Below the pieces are notes generated by a model. The model was not told the DNA's origin, searched no databases, and saw nothing but the letters and a program-made list of their open reading frames with translations. DNA of 64,000 nt from a bacterium (lineage in GTDB: Bacteria; Zhuqueibacterota; Zhuqueibacteria; Residuimicrobiales; Krinioviventaceae), in the NCBI GenBank assembly GCA_963693055.1, contig OY843751.1:352001-416000 (forward strand). The letters run 5' to 3'. Shown here piece after piece: positions 20,597-30,372 of the stretch. Position numbers and translations under genes: made by a program. Numbering within the stretch: position 1 is the first letter of the stretch; every line of letters begins with the position of its first letter.

Positions 20597-21133
20597 ATGA
20601 ACAGGGGTAGCAAATTTTTTTTATTCATTCTTTTTCTCTCTAGTGCTTGTATTAGTGATGAATTGGATGAAAGGATATCTTATATTTCGGATATGCCTTA
20701 TTGTCCTGAATATTCCGGTGATTCATTATATTGGGATATTGTTAAAGATGGCTTAGTGATAGTCCCTCAGTTGATCGATAAACTAAATGATAGCACAACC
20801 ACAGAGCTAATTGTACCACTTTGGGGTGGTTATTATACTGTTGCAGATATATCACATCTATTAATTTGGAATATCATACAGGATGTACCTATTCTCGATC
20901 TTGTCGGTTCCACACAAGAAGAAAGGGATCAAGATGGATATGGATGTTACTGGGCGTTTGTGAGGAAAGATTATCAGAATCGTATAATTCTTCAAAGTAG
21001 GATCAGACATTGGTTTGAGAAGAATAAGGACAATTTGGTATGGAAAAAAGAATTACGTGTTGTTGAACCAAACGATCGTATGTATCCTGTGAATCATCCG
21101 GCAGGAGGATATTTTATTTTAAAAGAAAAATGA
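20597..21133 (+). CDS. Hypothetical protein, probable lipoprotein, between REP copies 1 and 2
   Basis: MNRGSKFFLFILFLSSAC lipobox-like N-terminus; 178 aa; no family recognised. Confidence 0.7.
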   Translation: MNRGSKFFLFILFLSSACISDELDERISYISDMPYCPEYSGDSLYWDIVKDGLVIVPQLIDKLNDSTTTELIVPLWGGYYTVADISHLLIWNIIQDVPILDLVGSTQEERDQDGYGCYWAFVRKDYQNRIILQSRIRHWFEKNKDNLVWKKELRVVEPNDRMYPVNHPAGGYFILKEK

Positions 21134-21143
21134 AAATTTGCAA

Positions 21144-21172
21144 GTAGGGAACGGTCTCAGACCGTTCCCTAC
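21144..21172. repeat. GTAG-type REP, copy 2
   Basis: GTAGGGAACGGTCT-C-AGACCGTTCCCTAC. Confidence 0.9.
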
Positions 21173-21197
21173 AATTGTGAATTTTAATGGGGGTGTT

Positions 21198-21698
21198 TTG
21201 AATTATAGAGATAGGAAATTACAACGTCTTCCCGGATATGACTATACTCAAGATGGCAAATATTTTGTAACCTTTTGTGTTAAAGATAAACGATGTATCT
21301 TGGGCCAAGTGAAAAATGGATTTATGGAGTTGAATAAATTTGGAATGATTGTATATGACTGTTACCTTGATTTATTAAATCATTATGAAAATTGTTTACC
21401 CCAAGATTATATAATAATGCCTAATCATGTGCACTGTGTCATAAAAATTGATAATTCAAAAATTAAGATTCCGGATAATGCGAATGATCCTTTTTGCAGA
21501 TATGGTTTGTCTGAAATGGTCAGAGCTTGGAAGTCTTTTTCATCAAAACGGATAAATGAAAATTATGAGGACTATTTTAAATGGCAAAAGTCTTTTTATG
21601 ATCATATTATTCGTAATGAAAAAGAATTATATGCCATAAAAAAATATATAAAGAACAATCCTGGGAAATGGGATGAAGATAGATTCTTTTATGAATAG
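21198..21698 (+). CDS. REP-associated tyrosine transposase (RAYT, Y1 HUH family)
   Basis: RKLQRLPGYDYTQDGKYFVTFCV; HUH motif MPNHVH; WQKSFYDHIIRNE; YIKNNP. The likely start is TTG 21198 after GGGGGTG, because the ORF-track extension to 21138 reads through the REP. Confidence 0.92.
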   Translation: MNYRDRKLQRLPGYDYTQDGKYFVTFCVKDKRCILGQVKNGFMELNKFGMIVYDCYLDLLNHYENCLPQDYIIMPNHVHCVIKIDNSKIKIPDNANDPFCRYGLSEMVRAWKSFSSKRINENYEDYFKWQKSFYDHIIRNEKELYAIKKYIKNNPGKWDEDRFFYE

Positions 21699-21707
21699 AA
21701 AAAAGTA

Positions 21708-21736
21708 GTAGGGAACGGTCTCAGACCGTTCCCTAC
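21708..21736. repeat. GTAG-type REP, copy 3
   Basis: Identical to copy 2, immediately after the RAYT stop. Confidence 0.9.
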
Positions 21737-21753
21737 TCGAATTTAGCTTATTT

Positions 21754-22713
21754 TTATTCCTCAATACAAATTTCTTTTCTGCCAATGGCTTTAAATGTTT
21801 TGATCAATAATATTGCAATGATCAGGATCAAAACAACCAAAGCTGCCAAAGCAATAACTTTAAATATTATATAATGCGTTACATGAGACATGAGTATAGA
21901 TGCCAGAACAAATGCCGCAAGTGGAAAGGTATAGGCCCACCATGACAGGAAAAAATTGATCTTTATAAAGTTTTTACCCTGCATAAATATAAAGAAAAAG
22001 AGAAATAAAGCTGAATAATAGAGTATACGCGCGAACACATCAAATTCACCGGTGAGCTTGTTGTAAGCAATAAAGCCAATGGCTGGCGCCGCAAAGAGAA
22101 TAAATAGCGTTGGCAGCAGCTTGTCTGGCAATGGATCATGAAAAATCAAACGGTAAAAGATGATGGTGGTCAGCATGATCATCCAGATGGTTCCGATGGT
22201 GAAAAAGAACCAGGATATTTCGGGATGTGCGTGTTGTACACCGGCAATGGGAACAATGATATTGCCCACAACCGGGATGAACCATGCAGGACTCAGATGG
22301 TGGATCTTGAAATGTTTATGCGTGACCCAGGCGTTTATAATACTGAAACCAAAAATCAGTGTAAGCACAACACCGGCAATCCACAATCCTTTGGATACAC
22401 TCATGTTGAGCTGTAAAAACGCTACACTCAATACCAGAGGGACTTTGGCTATAAGCGGGAAAAAATTGATCTTGATGGGATGATGATACTCTTCAATCAC
22501 ATCTTGTCTGAACATGATGAGTTTAAATCCGTAAAACACAAGCATGGTAATATATAATAGTATGGTAAATCCAATAAATCCTAAACTCACTGTATGGGGT
22601 AAAAAGGGTACCAGTGATTCTGTTTTGAGAAGAGCCAGAGAAAATCCGGCAAATCCCAATACGGGTGCAAAGAATGAAATGGGAAAGTGTTTTAATCTCA
22701 ACTGGTGTGTCAT
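21754..22713 (-). CDS. SLAC1/TDT (TehA-like) anion channel / dicarboxylate transporter
   Basis: HFPISFFAPVLG; HHPIKINFF; PAWFIPVVGNIIVP; PTLFILFAAP; SWWAYTFPLAA; about 10 TM. Confidence 0.92.
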   Translation of the reverse strand: MTHQLRLKHFPISFFAPVLGFAGFSLALLKTESLVPFLPHTVSLGFIGFTILLYITMLVFYGFKLIMFRQDVIEEYHHPIKINFFPLIAKVPLVLSVAFLQLNMSVSKGLWIAGVVLTLIFGFSIINAWVTHKHFKIHHLSPAWFIPVVGNIIVPIAGVQHAHPEISWFFFTIGTIWMIMLTTIIFYRLIFHDPLPDKLLPTLFILFAAPAIGFIAYNKLTGEFDVFARILYYSALFLFFFIFMQGKNFIKINFFLSWWAYTFPLAAFVLASILMSHVTHYIIFKVIALAALVVLILIIAILLIKTFKAIGRKEICIEE

Positions 22714-22729
22714 GTGTGTGTCCTTTATT

Positions 22730-23710
22730 TTACATTGCTGCCTGAAATAATACAGTTAAAAGATTGCCGGTGTTTTGATCATCAATGATTTCGTAATTAA
22801 TCATCAGCCGGTTCAACGGATTAAAATAATACCCCGCGCTTAGGGTTGAACGGGATTTTTCACTGCCCTGGTCGTCGTTATACTTGTCGAATCTGAATCC
22901 TGCTTCTATATTTTGGGGAAACATGTAGGTTGCATAGAGGTAATACCCTTCAGGATTGATGGTATCGAGGCTTGTATAATTGTCATATTTGGCACGGATA
23001 TATTCTGATTGGATGGTCAGTGATTGTTTTTGATACCGGAGCAAAAAGCCCAATGCTGACTCGTCCAGCTCTTGTTCGTTCCAGGGACGGGTGCCGCTAT
23101 AAATGGAAACTCCTGCAAGAAAGTATTTTTGTATATCTGCTCCAACAAAGACAGCCAGATCTTTTTTGTTATTATTGTCATTTGTATTGGCGCCTGTGCC
23201 GTTGAAAACCATGGCTTTAACATGCAATTTGAATGAGTCGCTAAATGGAAACAGGGTTTCGGCGGCCAAGCCGGTGTCTCGGTAAAATGCGCCTTCTGCA
23301 CCCAGCTTTTTAACAATATTGGTTGTGATAAAAGAAGGGGATACAAACTTCCATTTTACCAGAGGGCCATAGGCTTCGTATCCAAAGGGGTATTTAAATT
23401 GTCCTGCACGCAGGGACAAATATTTATCCACCTGATATTTAACCCATGCTTGCATTAATACCTGACTTTTTACATTGCCCATGGCATGAAAGCTCCATTT
23501 TTCAGCAGTTTTACCGTTTACCAGCAGCATGGCTGTGTTGAGCTGGAACGTGTTGTCCGGATTTGCATTGTCGGATTCGTTCTGGATATAACTACTTTGG
23601 ATCCAGACACCCCAGTCAGGTTCTATGGATTGCTTTTCCTGTGCAAAGAGCATACTGGTTGCAAAAATAAAAAGTAGTAGCGATGTAAAAGATTTCATAA
23701 TGATTTCCAA
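22730..23710 (-). CDS. Outer-membrane porin, OprO/OprP-like
   Basis: Signal peptide; QAWVKY...LRAGQFKYPFGYE; RDTG; VFNGTGANTNDNNNKKD; alternating beta-strand pattern. Confidence 0.8.
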   Translation of the reverse strand: MEIIMKSFTSLLLFIFATSMLFAQEKQSIEPDWGVWIQSSYIQNESDNANPDNTFQLNTAMLLVNGKTAEKWSFHAMGNVKSQVLMQAWVKYQVDKYLSLRAGQFKYPFGYEAYGPLVKWKFVSPSFITTNIVKKLGAEGAFYRDTGLAAETLFPFSDSFKLHVKAMVFNGTGANTNDNNNKKDLAVFVGADIQKYFLAGVSIYSGTRPWNEQELDESALGFLLRYQKQSLTIQSEYIRAKYDNYTSLDTINPEGYYLYATYMFPQNIEAGFRFDKYNDDQGSEKSRSTLSAGYYFNPLNRLMINYEIIDDQNTGNLLTVLFQAAM

Positions 23711-23927
23711 AATTTTAGTAAAACAAGGGATAAATGATTATTAAATAAGATGAAAGCCAGGGGTGAAAGATTCAAAGTTTTGTTAAGAATTAATCAGGTA
23801 AGCTTTTTTATTACCTTTGATAATAAAGATTTAGAACTGTGAAGTTTGAAAGGGATTGCTTAAATCTTGAATTTTTCTGGTTTTCATGTGTATAATATAG
23901 AAATGTGAGAAACTATTTGGAGTTATT

Positions 23928-24554
23928 ATGAAAAAGATAAAACCTTTTGAGAACATGGATGCTGCTATTGAATCTCTGGATAACGGTGGTCATTTTTATA
24001 ATATTTTAACCAAAGCGGATGATGGTGTTATCAGCCGATCTGAATTGGGAAAAGTCGGAGGGATTTTTAGTGATAAACAGCAAATAGTGCTTTTTCTCGA
24101 GATGTCTCTGTTAGCATTCAGGCAAGCGGATAAAGAGTTGGTTCTTTCAAAGCTTGACAAGTCGTTGTCAGCGAGTTATCTGAAATTCAAGTCGCAGGTG
24201 CTGCTGCCTTCAGAAGCTAAAAAAGATGGGATTGTCTCCTCAAATGCAATTATAACCGGAATACCCAAGCTTGTGGATTCGCAATCAGATTTTGTGGGAT
24301 TTATCATGTTCCCTATTATGAGTGGGGATGTGCCCACAATGATGATGGTTCCCATGACTGACGAGTATGATGTATATGAGCTACGGGATGATGAATCGTC
24401 AGATACATTTTTAATTGCGCATACCAAAGATGAAAAGAAACTGCCGAATGAAAAAATAATATTGGGCGGAGTTATTAAAGAACTGCAAGCTGAAAAAGAA
24501 GCTGGCAGCCCGGCAGGTAAATTTCTTGAGGTTATTTATTACTGTGAGTTTTAA
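23928..24554 (+). CDS. Hypothetical protein
   Basis: 208-aa ORF with a GGAG SD and a downstream hairpin; no family recognised. Confidence 0.7.
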   Translation: MKKIKPFENMDAAIESLDNGGHFYNILTKADDGVISRSELGKVGGIFSDKQQIVLFLEMSLLAFRQADKELVLSKLDKSLSASYLKFKSQVLLPSEAKKDGIVSSNAIITGIPKLVDSQSDFVGFIMFPIMSGDVPTMMMVPMTDEYDVYELRDDESSDTFLIAHTKDEKKLPNEKIILGGVIKELQAEKEAGSPAGKFLEVIYYCEF

Positions 24555-24560
24555 TTTAGC

Positions 24561-24592
24561 AGATACCAATTTAATAAATTAAATTGGTATCT
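24561..24592. terminator. AT-rich hairpin between convergent genes
   Basis: AGATACCAATTTAAT-AA-ATTAAATTGGTATCT followed by a T-run. Confidence 0.6.
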
Positions 24593-24598
24593 TTTTAT

Positions 24599-26311
24599 TT
24601 AAAAATAAAACCTGAATCCTATATTAAAATTGAAATGATTGCCGCTGGTTTCTTCTTCAATATCTATTGTATTGTTTTCAAACGATGTATCATTAAAGTT
24701 TCCCCGAATCAAAATGATTGTGCCACCAATACTCATGTTCCGGGTTAATAGATAGTCTGCAGCAATTTCGGCATAACTGCCAAGGGTACTGCTTTCCAAA
24801 GTCAAATGCTCACCAAAGATGTTGCCTTTGTCGGTATAATCGAGCTTTCCGAATCCCAGAGCACCTGAGAAATAAAATTTTTCTTTCAATCGTTGATACG
24901 CGCAAAATACAGCTCCAGCAAATGTAAAGGTGAGGTCATCACTAATGTCACCATGGGCAAGCACTTCCATTGTGTCTTGATCATAGATATAGATATCATT
25001 GATCGAGCCATATGAATGAAATCTTGAATATCGTAGACCTATACCGTATTCGTGGGTAATAAACATCGTTGCTTCAATATTGATATTGGTTCCGCCTTTG
25101 ATCTCATCGTAATAATCATCCATGATTTCAGTGCTGTTGGATGGGATTTCTGCCAGATACCTGCTATAACCATATCCTAAACCCACATGGAATTTGTGCA
25201 GCATTTCTCTTTTCTTTGGATGGAATTGGGTATGGTTGTCAACAGGCGTGTTTTGATATCCGGGCAAGCCGAGTTTGCCAGTATAGGCAGTATTTTCTGC
25301 CGTCTTTTCCGGTATGTTAATTGTGTTTTGCGATTGTCCGGTTTGCGCAAGGGCTTTTTGAAAAGTAACGGGATCACAGCTCTCAAACTTGGGATATATT
25401 TCAAGGTAAATCAATGAATCCTGTTTTATTGTTTTGGTTTTAAAATAGTTTGTTCCCAGTGTGTCGATTAGGATATCTCCCTGAGGGCCCAGGTATAGCA
25501 AAATATTATCATAATAATAATCTTTTACATAACCGGGGATGCTTCCTGATTTTGATTTGAATTTTAGTCCATTTTCATCCTGACTTGTCAATTCACCGGT
25601 GATTACGGTATTTTTATTATCTTTTGTAATCAATAACGGACACCGTTTAAGAATTTCTGCTTTGATTGTTTGAAATGGTGGAGTATATGTAATGACAGGT
25701 TTTGCAACATTGTCAATTTTGTATCGGCCGTCTGGTCCGGTCAATAGCAATATGTCTTCCATGGCATAGAATTTTGTTTTTGGATCGTAAAACATGCTGA
25801 CCCGGTTTTGATCGAACAGGATCCCATTGTACAATTCCGCGACAAGTTTTCCTTTGAGCTTTTCACCGCTTTTCAATTTGAGCTCATAGATAAGGGACTT
25901 GTTCTGTATTTCTTTGCGGGATTTGGATCCTGAGGGATTGAGTTTTTCGTACACAGACTCGTAAACATCCATGCCATCATAAGGGGATTGCGATTCCCAG
26001 TAGCTGTAACCGTTTGGTGCAATCAGCACTTTGCCGGATTGATTTAATAGTATTGAAATTTGTTGAAAAGAATAATAATTTGATTGTAAGCCTTGCTTTG
26101 ATGTGTAATATACACCATTTTGATCAAGCGAATCTATTTTGCCGAAAATAACGCTTCCGGGTTGAGATTTTAATATTAATATGGGGCAGTGTTGTGATAC
26201 AATTTTTTTCTTTTCTTTGGATTGAATACTGTTATCTGCAAAGGTTGAAATAGTATTTATAACTAGAAAAATGAAAACAATTACTGCAAAGAATCCCGAT
26301 TTCTGCTTCAT
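24599..26311 (-). CDS. Secreted protein with repeated small beta domains and a C-terminal outer-membrane beta-barrel
   Basis: Signal peptide; internal repeat (CPILILKSQPGSVIFGKIDSLDQNG / CPLLITKDNKNTVITGELTSQDENG); C-terminal barrel-like strands ending FNIGFRFYF. Confidence 0.7.
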   Translation of the reverse strand: MKQKSGFFAVIVFIFLVINTISTFADNSIQSKEKKKIVSQHCPILILKSQPGSVIFGKIDSLDQNGVYYTSKQGLQSNYYSFQQISILLNQSGKVLIAPNGYSYWESQSPYDGMDVYESVYEKLNPSGSKSRKEIQNKSLIYELKLKSGEKLKGKLVAELYNGILFDQNRVSMFYDPKTKFYAMEDILLLTGPDGRYKIDNVAKPVITYTPPFQTIKAEILKRCPLLITKDNKNTVITGELTSQDENGLKFKSKSGSIPGYVKDYYYDNILLYLGPQGDILIDTLGTNYFKTKTIKQDSLIYLEIYPKFESCDPVTFQKALAQTGQSQNTINIPEKTAENTAYTGKLGLPGYQNTPVDNHTQFHPKKREMLHKFHVGLGYGYSRYLAEIPSNSTEIMDDYYDEIKGGTNINIEATMFITHEYGIGLRYSRFHSYGSINDIYIYDQDTMEVLAHGDISDDLTFTFAGAVFCAYQRLKEKFYFSGALGFGKLDYTDKGNIFGEHLTLESSTLGSYAEIAADYLLTRNMSIGGTIILIRGNFNDTSFENNTIDIEEETSGNHFNFNIGFRFYF

Positions 26312-26582
26312 AATTACACCCCTGTTTCTTAAAGTGTTTTGAACCCCTGAGAGTTGTTAAAAAGATAATAGAACAAATGATTAGATTCAAGTAAAAATAT
26401 GTTGATTTGCCTGGTATAATTACTTGCTTGACACCTCCGAGGTGCCGGGCAAATGTTGGAGGCTGAGGAAAAAGTGAACCAAAATCAACCTTTGCAATTG
26501 TGGCATCTTGTTTGTATATTAAAGGTTTATAATTCATTTGTCCTGGCTTAGGGCCTATAATTTACCTTACAAGGAGCATGTT

Positions 26583-27884
26583 ATGCGAAGAAACATTGTT
26601 CATGAAGGGTCAGGGCAGCTAACTTACGAGATACGTGAGATTGTCGAAGTCGGTATGCAGTTGAAGCAGAAGGGACTGGATATCGTCTGGGAGAACATTG
26701 GTGATCCCATTCAAAAAGGCGAAAAGCTGCCGGACTGGATCAAAGAAATCATTGGAGATTTGGTTGCGCAAGAGCGCACCTATGGTTATGTACATACCAA
26801 AGGTGTTCCCGAAGCGCGAGCGTTTTTGGCGGAAAAGGTCAATGAACGCGGCGGCTGCCAGGTAACCATAGATGATATCGTATTCTTTAACGGTCTTGGC
26901 GACGCAGTTGCCAAAGTGTTCGGTTTCCTGAAACGCGAGGCGCGGGTGATTGGCCCATCCCCGGCATATTCCACGCATTCTTCTGCGGAAGCGGCGCACT
27001 CTGGTTATGAACATTTGACCTACGAGCTGGACCCGATGATGAACTGGATGCCGGATCTGGACGATCTGGAGAACAAGGTTAAATATAATGATTCTATTGC
27101 CGGCATGTTGATTATCAATCCTGATAATCCCACCGGTTCAGTATATCCCAAAGAATTTTTAGCGCGTATGGTAGATATTGCCCGTCGTTACCGCTTGTTT
27201 GTGGTTTGCGATGAAATCTATGCGCATATTATATATAACGGTGCCAAATCCGCGCATCTCAGCGAAGTGATTGGTGATGTGCCCGGTATAGCGTTACGCG
27301 GTATTTCCAAAGAATACCCCTGGCCCGGATCACGCTGCGGCTGGATTGAGGTGTTTAACCAGCACAAGTATCCGGATTTCGAAATGTATGTAAACAGTCT
27401 GGTAAGTGCCAAGATGCTTGAAGTGTGCTCTACCAGTCTGCCGCAATACTCGATACCCAAGGTGATGGGCGATCCCCGGTATTTGGATCATCTTGAAAAC
27501 CGCAAAAAAATGTTTGAAAAACGTGTGAATGAAGCATTTGAGATCTTTTCTGAAGTAGATGGCGTTTATGTAACACGTCCCCAGGGTGCGTTCTATATGA
27601 CCGTATTGTTTGACAATGGCAGTCTGAATGACAAGCAATGCCTGCCCATTAAAGACGCAGAGATCCGCAGTTTTATTGAGGAAAAAGTGGATGGTGTGGC
27701 ACCGGACAAGCGGTTTGTCTATTATCTGCTCGCATCCAAAGGAATCTGTGTGGTACCGTTAACCGGATTTTGCTGCACACGTCATGGTTTCCGTATTACC
27801 ATGCTGGAATGCGACGATGAAAAACGCCGCAATACTTGGCTGACCATTGCGGAAAGTATTAAAGAATATATCGCTTCGGCGTAA
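26583..27884 (+). CDS. PLP-dependent aminotransferase class I/II
   Basis: ENIGDP; INPDNPTG; CDEIY; PLP lysine in RGISKEYPWPGSRCGW; PQGAFY. Start moved to ATG 26583 after AAGGAG. Confidence 0.92.
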   Translation: MRRNIVHEGSGQLTYEIREIVEVGMQLKQKGLDIVWENIGDPIQKGEKLPDWIKEIIGDLVAQERTYGYVHTKGVPEARAFLAEKVNERGGCQVTIDDIVFFNGLGDAVAKVFGFLKREARVIGPSPAYSTHSSAEAAHSGYEHLTYELDPMMNWMPDLDDLENKVKYNDSIAGMLIINPDNPTGSVYPKEFLARMVDIARRYRLFVVCDEIYAHIIYNGAKSAHLSEVIGDVPGIALRGISKEYPWPGSRCGWIEVFNQHKYPDFEMYVNSLVSAKMLEVCSTSLPQYSIPKVMGDPRYLDHLENRKKMFEKRVNEAFEIFSEVDGVYVTRPQGAFYMTVLFDNGSLNDKQCLPIKDAEIRSFIEEKVDGVAPDKRFVYYLLASKGICVVPLTGFCCTRHGFRITMLECDDEKRRNTWLTIAESIKEYIASA

Positions 27885-27908
27885 ATAATATTGTTTTATG
27901 GAATTTCG

Positions 27909-27944
27909 GCCCGCTCTCTGATTTCAGGGAGCGGGCTTTTTTTT
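27909..27944 (+). terminator. Intrinsic terminator
   Basis: GCCCGCTCTCTGA-TT-TCAGGGAGCGGGC followed by T8. Confidence 0.85.
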
Positions 27945-30372
27945 AGAATCCCCATCGGAATCCTACTGTGGGCAGGATTGATATTTTATAAGGTTCTCTT
28001 TCTATTCGGGCATTAATTATTTTGCCGTCCTCAAAATCCGCGTCAAACTCTACTTTTTTATAAAAGATTGGATTCGCGCGATTATAGACATTGCGTATGG
28101 AAAAGTAGGGCGCAAAGGTGAATTTGCTGCGTTTAATCAGCTTGATTACCGTAATATCCAACCGATGATAATAAGGATACCGGACCCTGCCTCTTGGCAC
28201 ATCCATTTCTGTTTGTTGATACCAGACTGTGCCATTGTCCCATTTTTTTTGTGGATAGGGTAAATGTAGTTCCGGAATCATAGCCAGGTAATTTACAGGA
28301 TCGTACGGCTGGCCGGTATGAAATTCCCAATAGGCTGAAAGGGAGGTGTTGTGTTTCATGTCCATTTGTGTGAATGCCTGGATTTTGTGGCGCTGATCGA
28401 AATTGGTGTCGTATGACAGTCCGTTATACGTGCGGTCACTGTGTGACCAGACATAGCTGCACCAACCGGTCATGTTAAACAGTTTTCCTCCAGCTTCAAA
28501 TTCTATGCCTTTGGCCTTTCCCGGGGTTTGGGCGAAACGCGGTGTGCCATCTGTTGCTTTGAGCAGTCCGTCAAAAGATTTGTAATAACCGGTAATTCTG
28601 AGTTTTGTGTTTTTCGAAAGCGTATAACCAAGTGTACCGATATAGTGGTCCGCGGTTTCTACCGAACTTGTCTGGTCCATGGGAAAATAGAGCTCCAAAA
28701 AGCCGATTATCCCTTCTTCCAGCGCGGTAGTTACGCCCTGGGAATAGCGACCGTAAGCAAGATCAAACTGCAATTTGTCTGTGAACCGGTATTGCAGGTT
28801 TATTCTCGGTTCGAGATAAAGTTTGGATGCGTTACCCCATTTGGTTAACCGCAGTCCCTGGCGGGATGACAATTTGTCCGTATATCGGATATCCGATTCC
28901 AGGAAACCCGCACGAGAAGAATAGGTCTGTTCATAGTTAAAAGAATCCGCGGGGGCATGATCAAAGAATAATTGAAACTGTTCTTCTAAAAAGGTGTATT
29001 CTCCCTCCCAGAAATAGTCGGATTTATATTTAGAGTGCTGCATACCCCCGCGCAGGTTTACACGCTCATTCAGTTCATGATTTAAATTAATTTTAGTGGT
29101 TGCATCTGTAAATCGATTTTTTATTTCAGCGCCCTGTTCGGCATTGTGTTTGACGATCTGGTTATCAATCCATTGTTTGTTCTCCTGAAATTTAACATCC
29201 ATGTGGTCAGGGAATTCAGCGGATTGTTCATTGAATGCGGCATTTATGTATTGACTGTTAAAGTGATGGGCGGTCAGGGTTGTTCGGTTGTTAATAAAAT
29301 ACTGCCATTTAATAGAGTATAGTTTGTTATTCCAGTTGAGCTGGTCCTGGTCTTTGAACTTGTATTTCAATGTGGTAGTATCTATGGACGACTGCAATTG
29401 CCCTTCAAATTCATCGTCAATGTTCATGTCATCTTTGCTGTGTAGTGTTAAGAACTGGACATTATGCTTTTCCCCGGGAGTAAATTCCAGTTTCAGGGTT
29501 TGATCATAATAGTCATAAGGGAGATCATAAAATTCAAAGGAATTGGGTATCTTGATATAACTGCTTCTGCCTGAATAGAGCCAGCCGAAATATTTACCCA
29601 ATTTGCCACCGGTTGTGACATCACTACCAATGATATTCAGGTTGATGCGATGCGGGAAATTGTTGACCGGTGTTTTGGTTTGGATAGCCAACACAGAGGA
29701 GAGCTTGTCGCCATATTGTGCCGAGAAACCACCAGGGGAAAAGATCAGATTGTCTACCATATCATTATTAAAGAATGAGGTAATACCAAATATGTGATAG
29801 GGATAATAAATGACTGCGCCATCAATTGTTACCAGGTTTTGATCGGGATTGCCGCCGCGCACGCAGAGTTGGTTTGAGGCTTCGCTGTTGGAGGTAACGC
29901 CAGGCGTCTGCTGGATGGTCCTGAACAGGTCTGGCAAACCCACGGAGGGCATGATCTGTATCTGATCTGATTGTATACGGCGGATTGAGGGATCCATGCT
30001 GAACGTCGGTTCGACATATTTAGCTGCGGTTATGCTGACCTCGGGCAGGTCAATAGATTGTTCGGCAAGCTCGATAATCAGTTTGCGACTGAAATCGATT
30101 TGGGAATTGATAGGTATCTTGACAGACTGATATCCCATATAAGATATTTCTAATGTGTCAGAAGTGAATATGAGGCCGTAAAAATGGAACTCACCCCGGT
30201 TGTCTGTCGCGGTACCGGTATTAGATTGTAAAAAGACAAGGTTGGCAAAGGGCAGAACCTCGCCGGTGGATTTGTCTTTAACAATACCTTGTAACGATCG
30301 CTCACGTGCCGAGAGATGGCTAACAAAGATCAGAATGACCAGGAATGTCAAGAGTTGTTTCTTTGCGTTCAT
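27943..30372 (-). CDS. TonB-dependent receptor
   Basis: GIVKDKSTGEVLPFAN N-domain; plug VRGGNPDQNLVTIDG and GGFSAQYGDKLSSV; YHRLD; terminal Phe. Confidence 0.92.
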   Translation of the reverse strand: MNAKKQLLTFLVILIFVSHLSARERSLQGIVKDKSTGEVLPFANLVFLQSNTGTATDNRGEFHFYGLIFTSDTLEISYMGYQSVKIPINSQIDFSRKLIIELAEQSIDLPEVSITAAKYVEPTFSMDPSIRRIQSDQIQIMPSVGLPDLFRTIQQTPGVTSNSEASNQLCVRGGNPDQNLVTIDGAVIYYPYHIFGITSFFNNDMVDNLIFSPGGFSAQYGDKLSSVLAIQTKTPVNNFPHRINLNIIGSDVTTGGKLGKYFGWLYSGRSSYIKIPNSFEFYDLPYDYYDQTLKLEFTPGEKHNVQFLTLHSKDDMNIDDEFEGQLQSSIDTTTLKYKFKDQDQLNWNNKLYSIKWQYFINNRTTLTAHHFNSQYINAAFNEQSAEFPDHMDVKFQENKQWIDNQIVKHNAEQGAEIKNRFTDATTKINLNHELNERVNLRGGMQHSKYKSDYFWEGEYTFLEEQFQLFFDHAPADSFNYEQTYSSRAGFLESDIRYTDKLSSRQGLRLTKWGNASKLYLEPRINLQYRFTDKLQFDLAYGRYSQGVTTALEEGIIGFLELYFPMDQTSSVETADHYIGTLGYTLSKNTKLRITGYYKSFDGLLKATDGTPRFAQTPGKAKGIEFEAGGKLFNMTGWCSYVWSHSDRTYNGLSYDTNFDQRHKIQAFTQMDMKHNTSLSAYWEFHTGQPYDPVNYLAMIPELHLPYPQKKWDNGTVWYQQTEMDVPRGRVRYPYYHRLDITVIKLIKRSKFTFAPYFSIRNVYNRANPIFYKKVEFDADFEDGKIINARIEREPYKISILPTVGFRWGF

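Noticed and set aside
21138-21197. N-terminal extension MQVGNGLRPFPT of the RAYT ORF
   Set aside because: It is translation through REP copy 2. A better SD and TTG start lie at 21198.
20543-21736. Three 29-bp repeats as a CRISPR array
   Set aside because: The spacers are over 500 bp and contain genes, the repeats are perfect GTAG palindromes next to a RAYT, and there are no cas genes.
26232-26582. Riboswitch or 101-aa ORF upstream of the aminotransferase
   Set aside because: No SAM, lysine, glycine or T-box consensus was recognisable, and the ORF overlaps the neighbouring gene start and promoter region.
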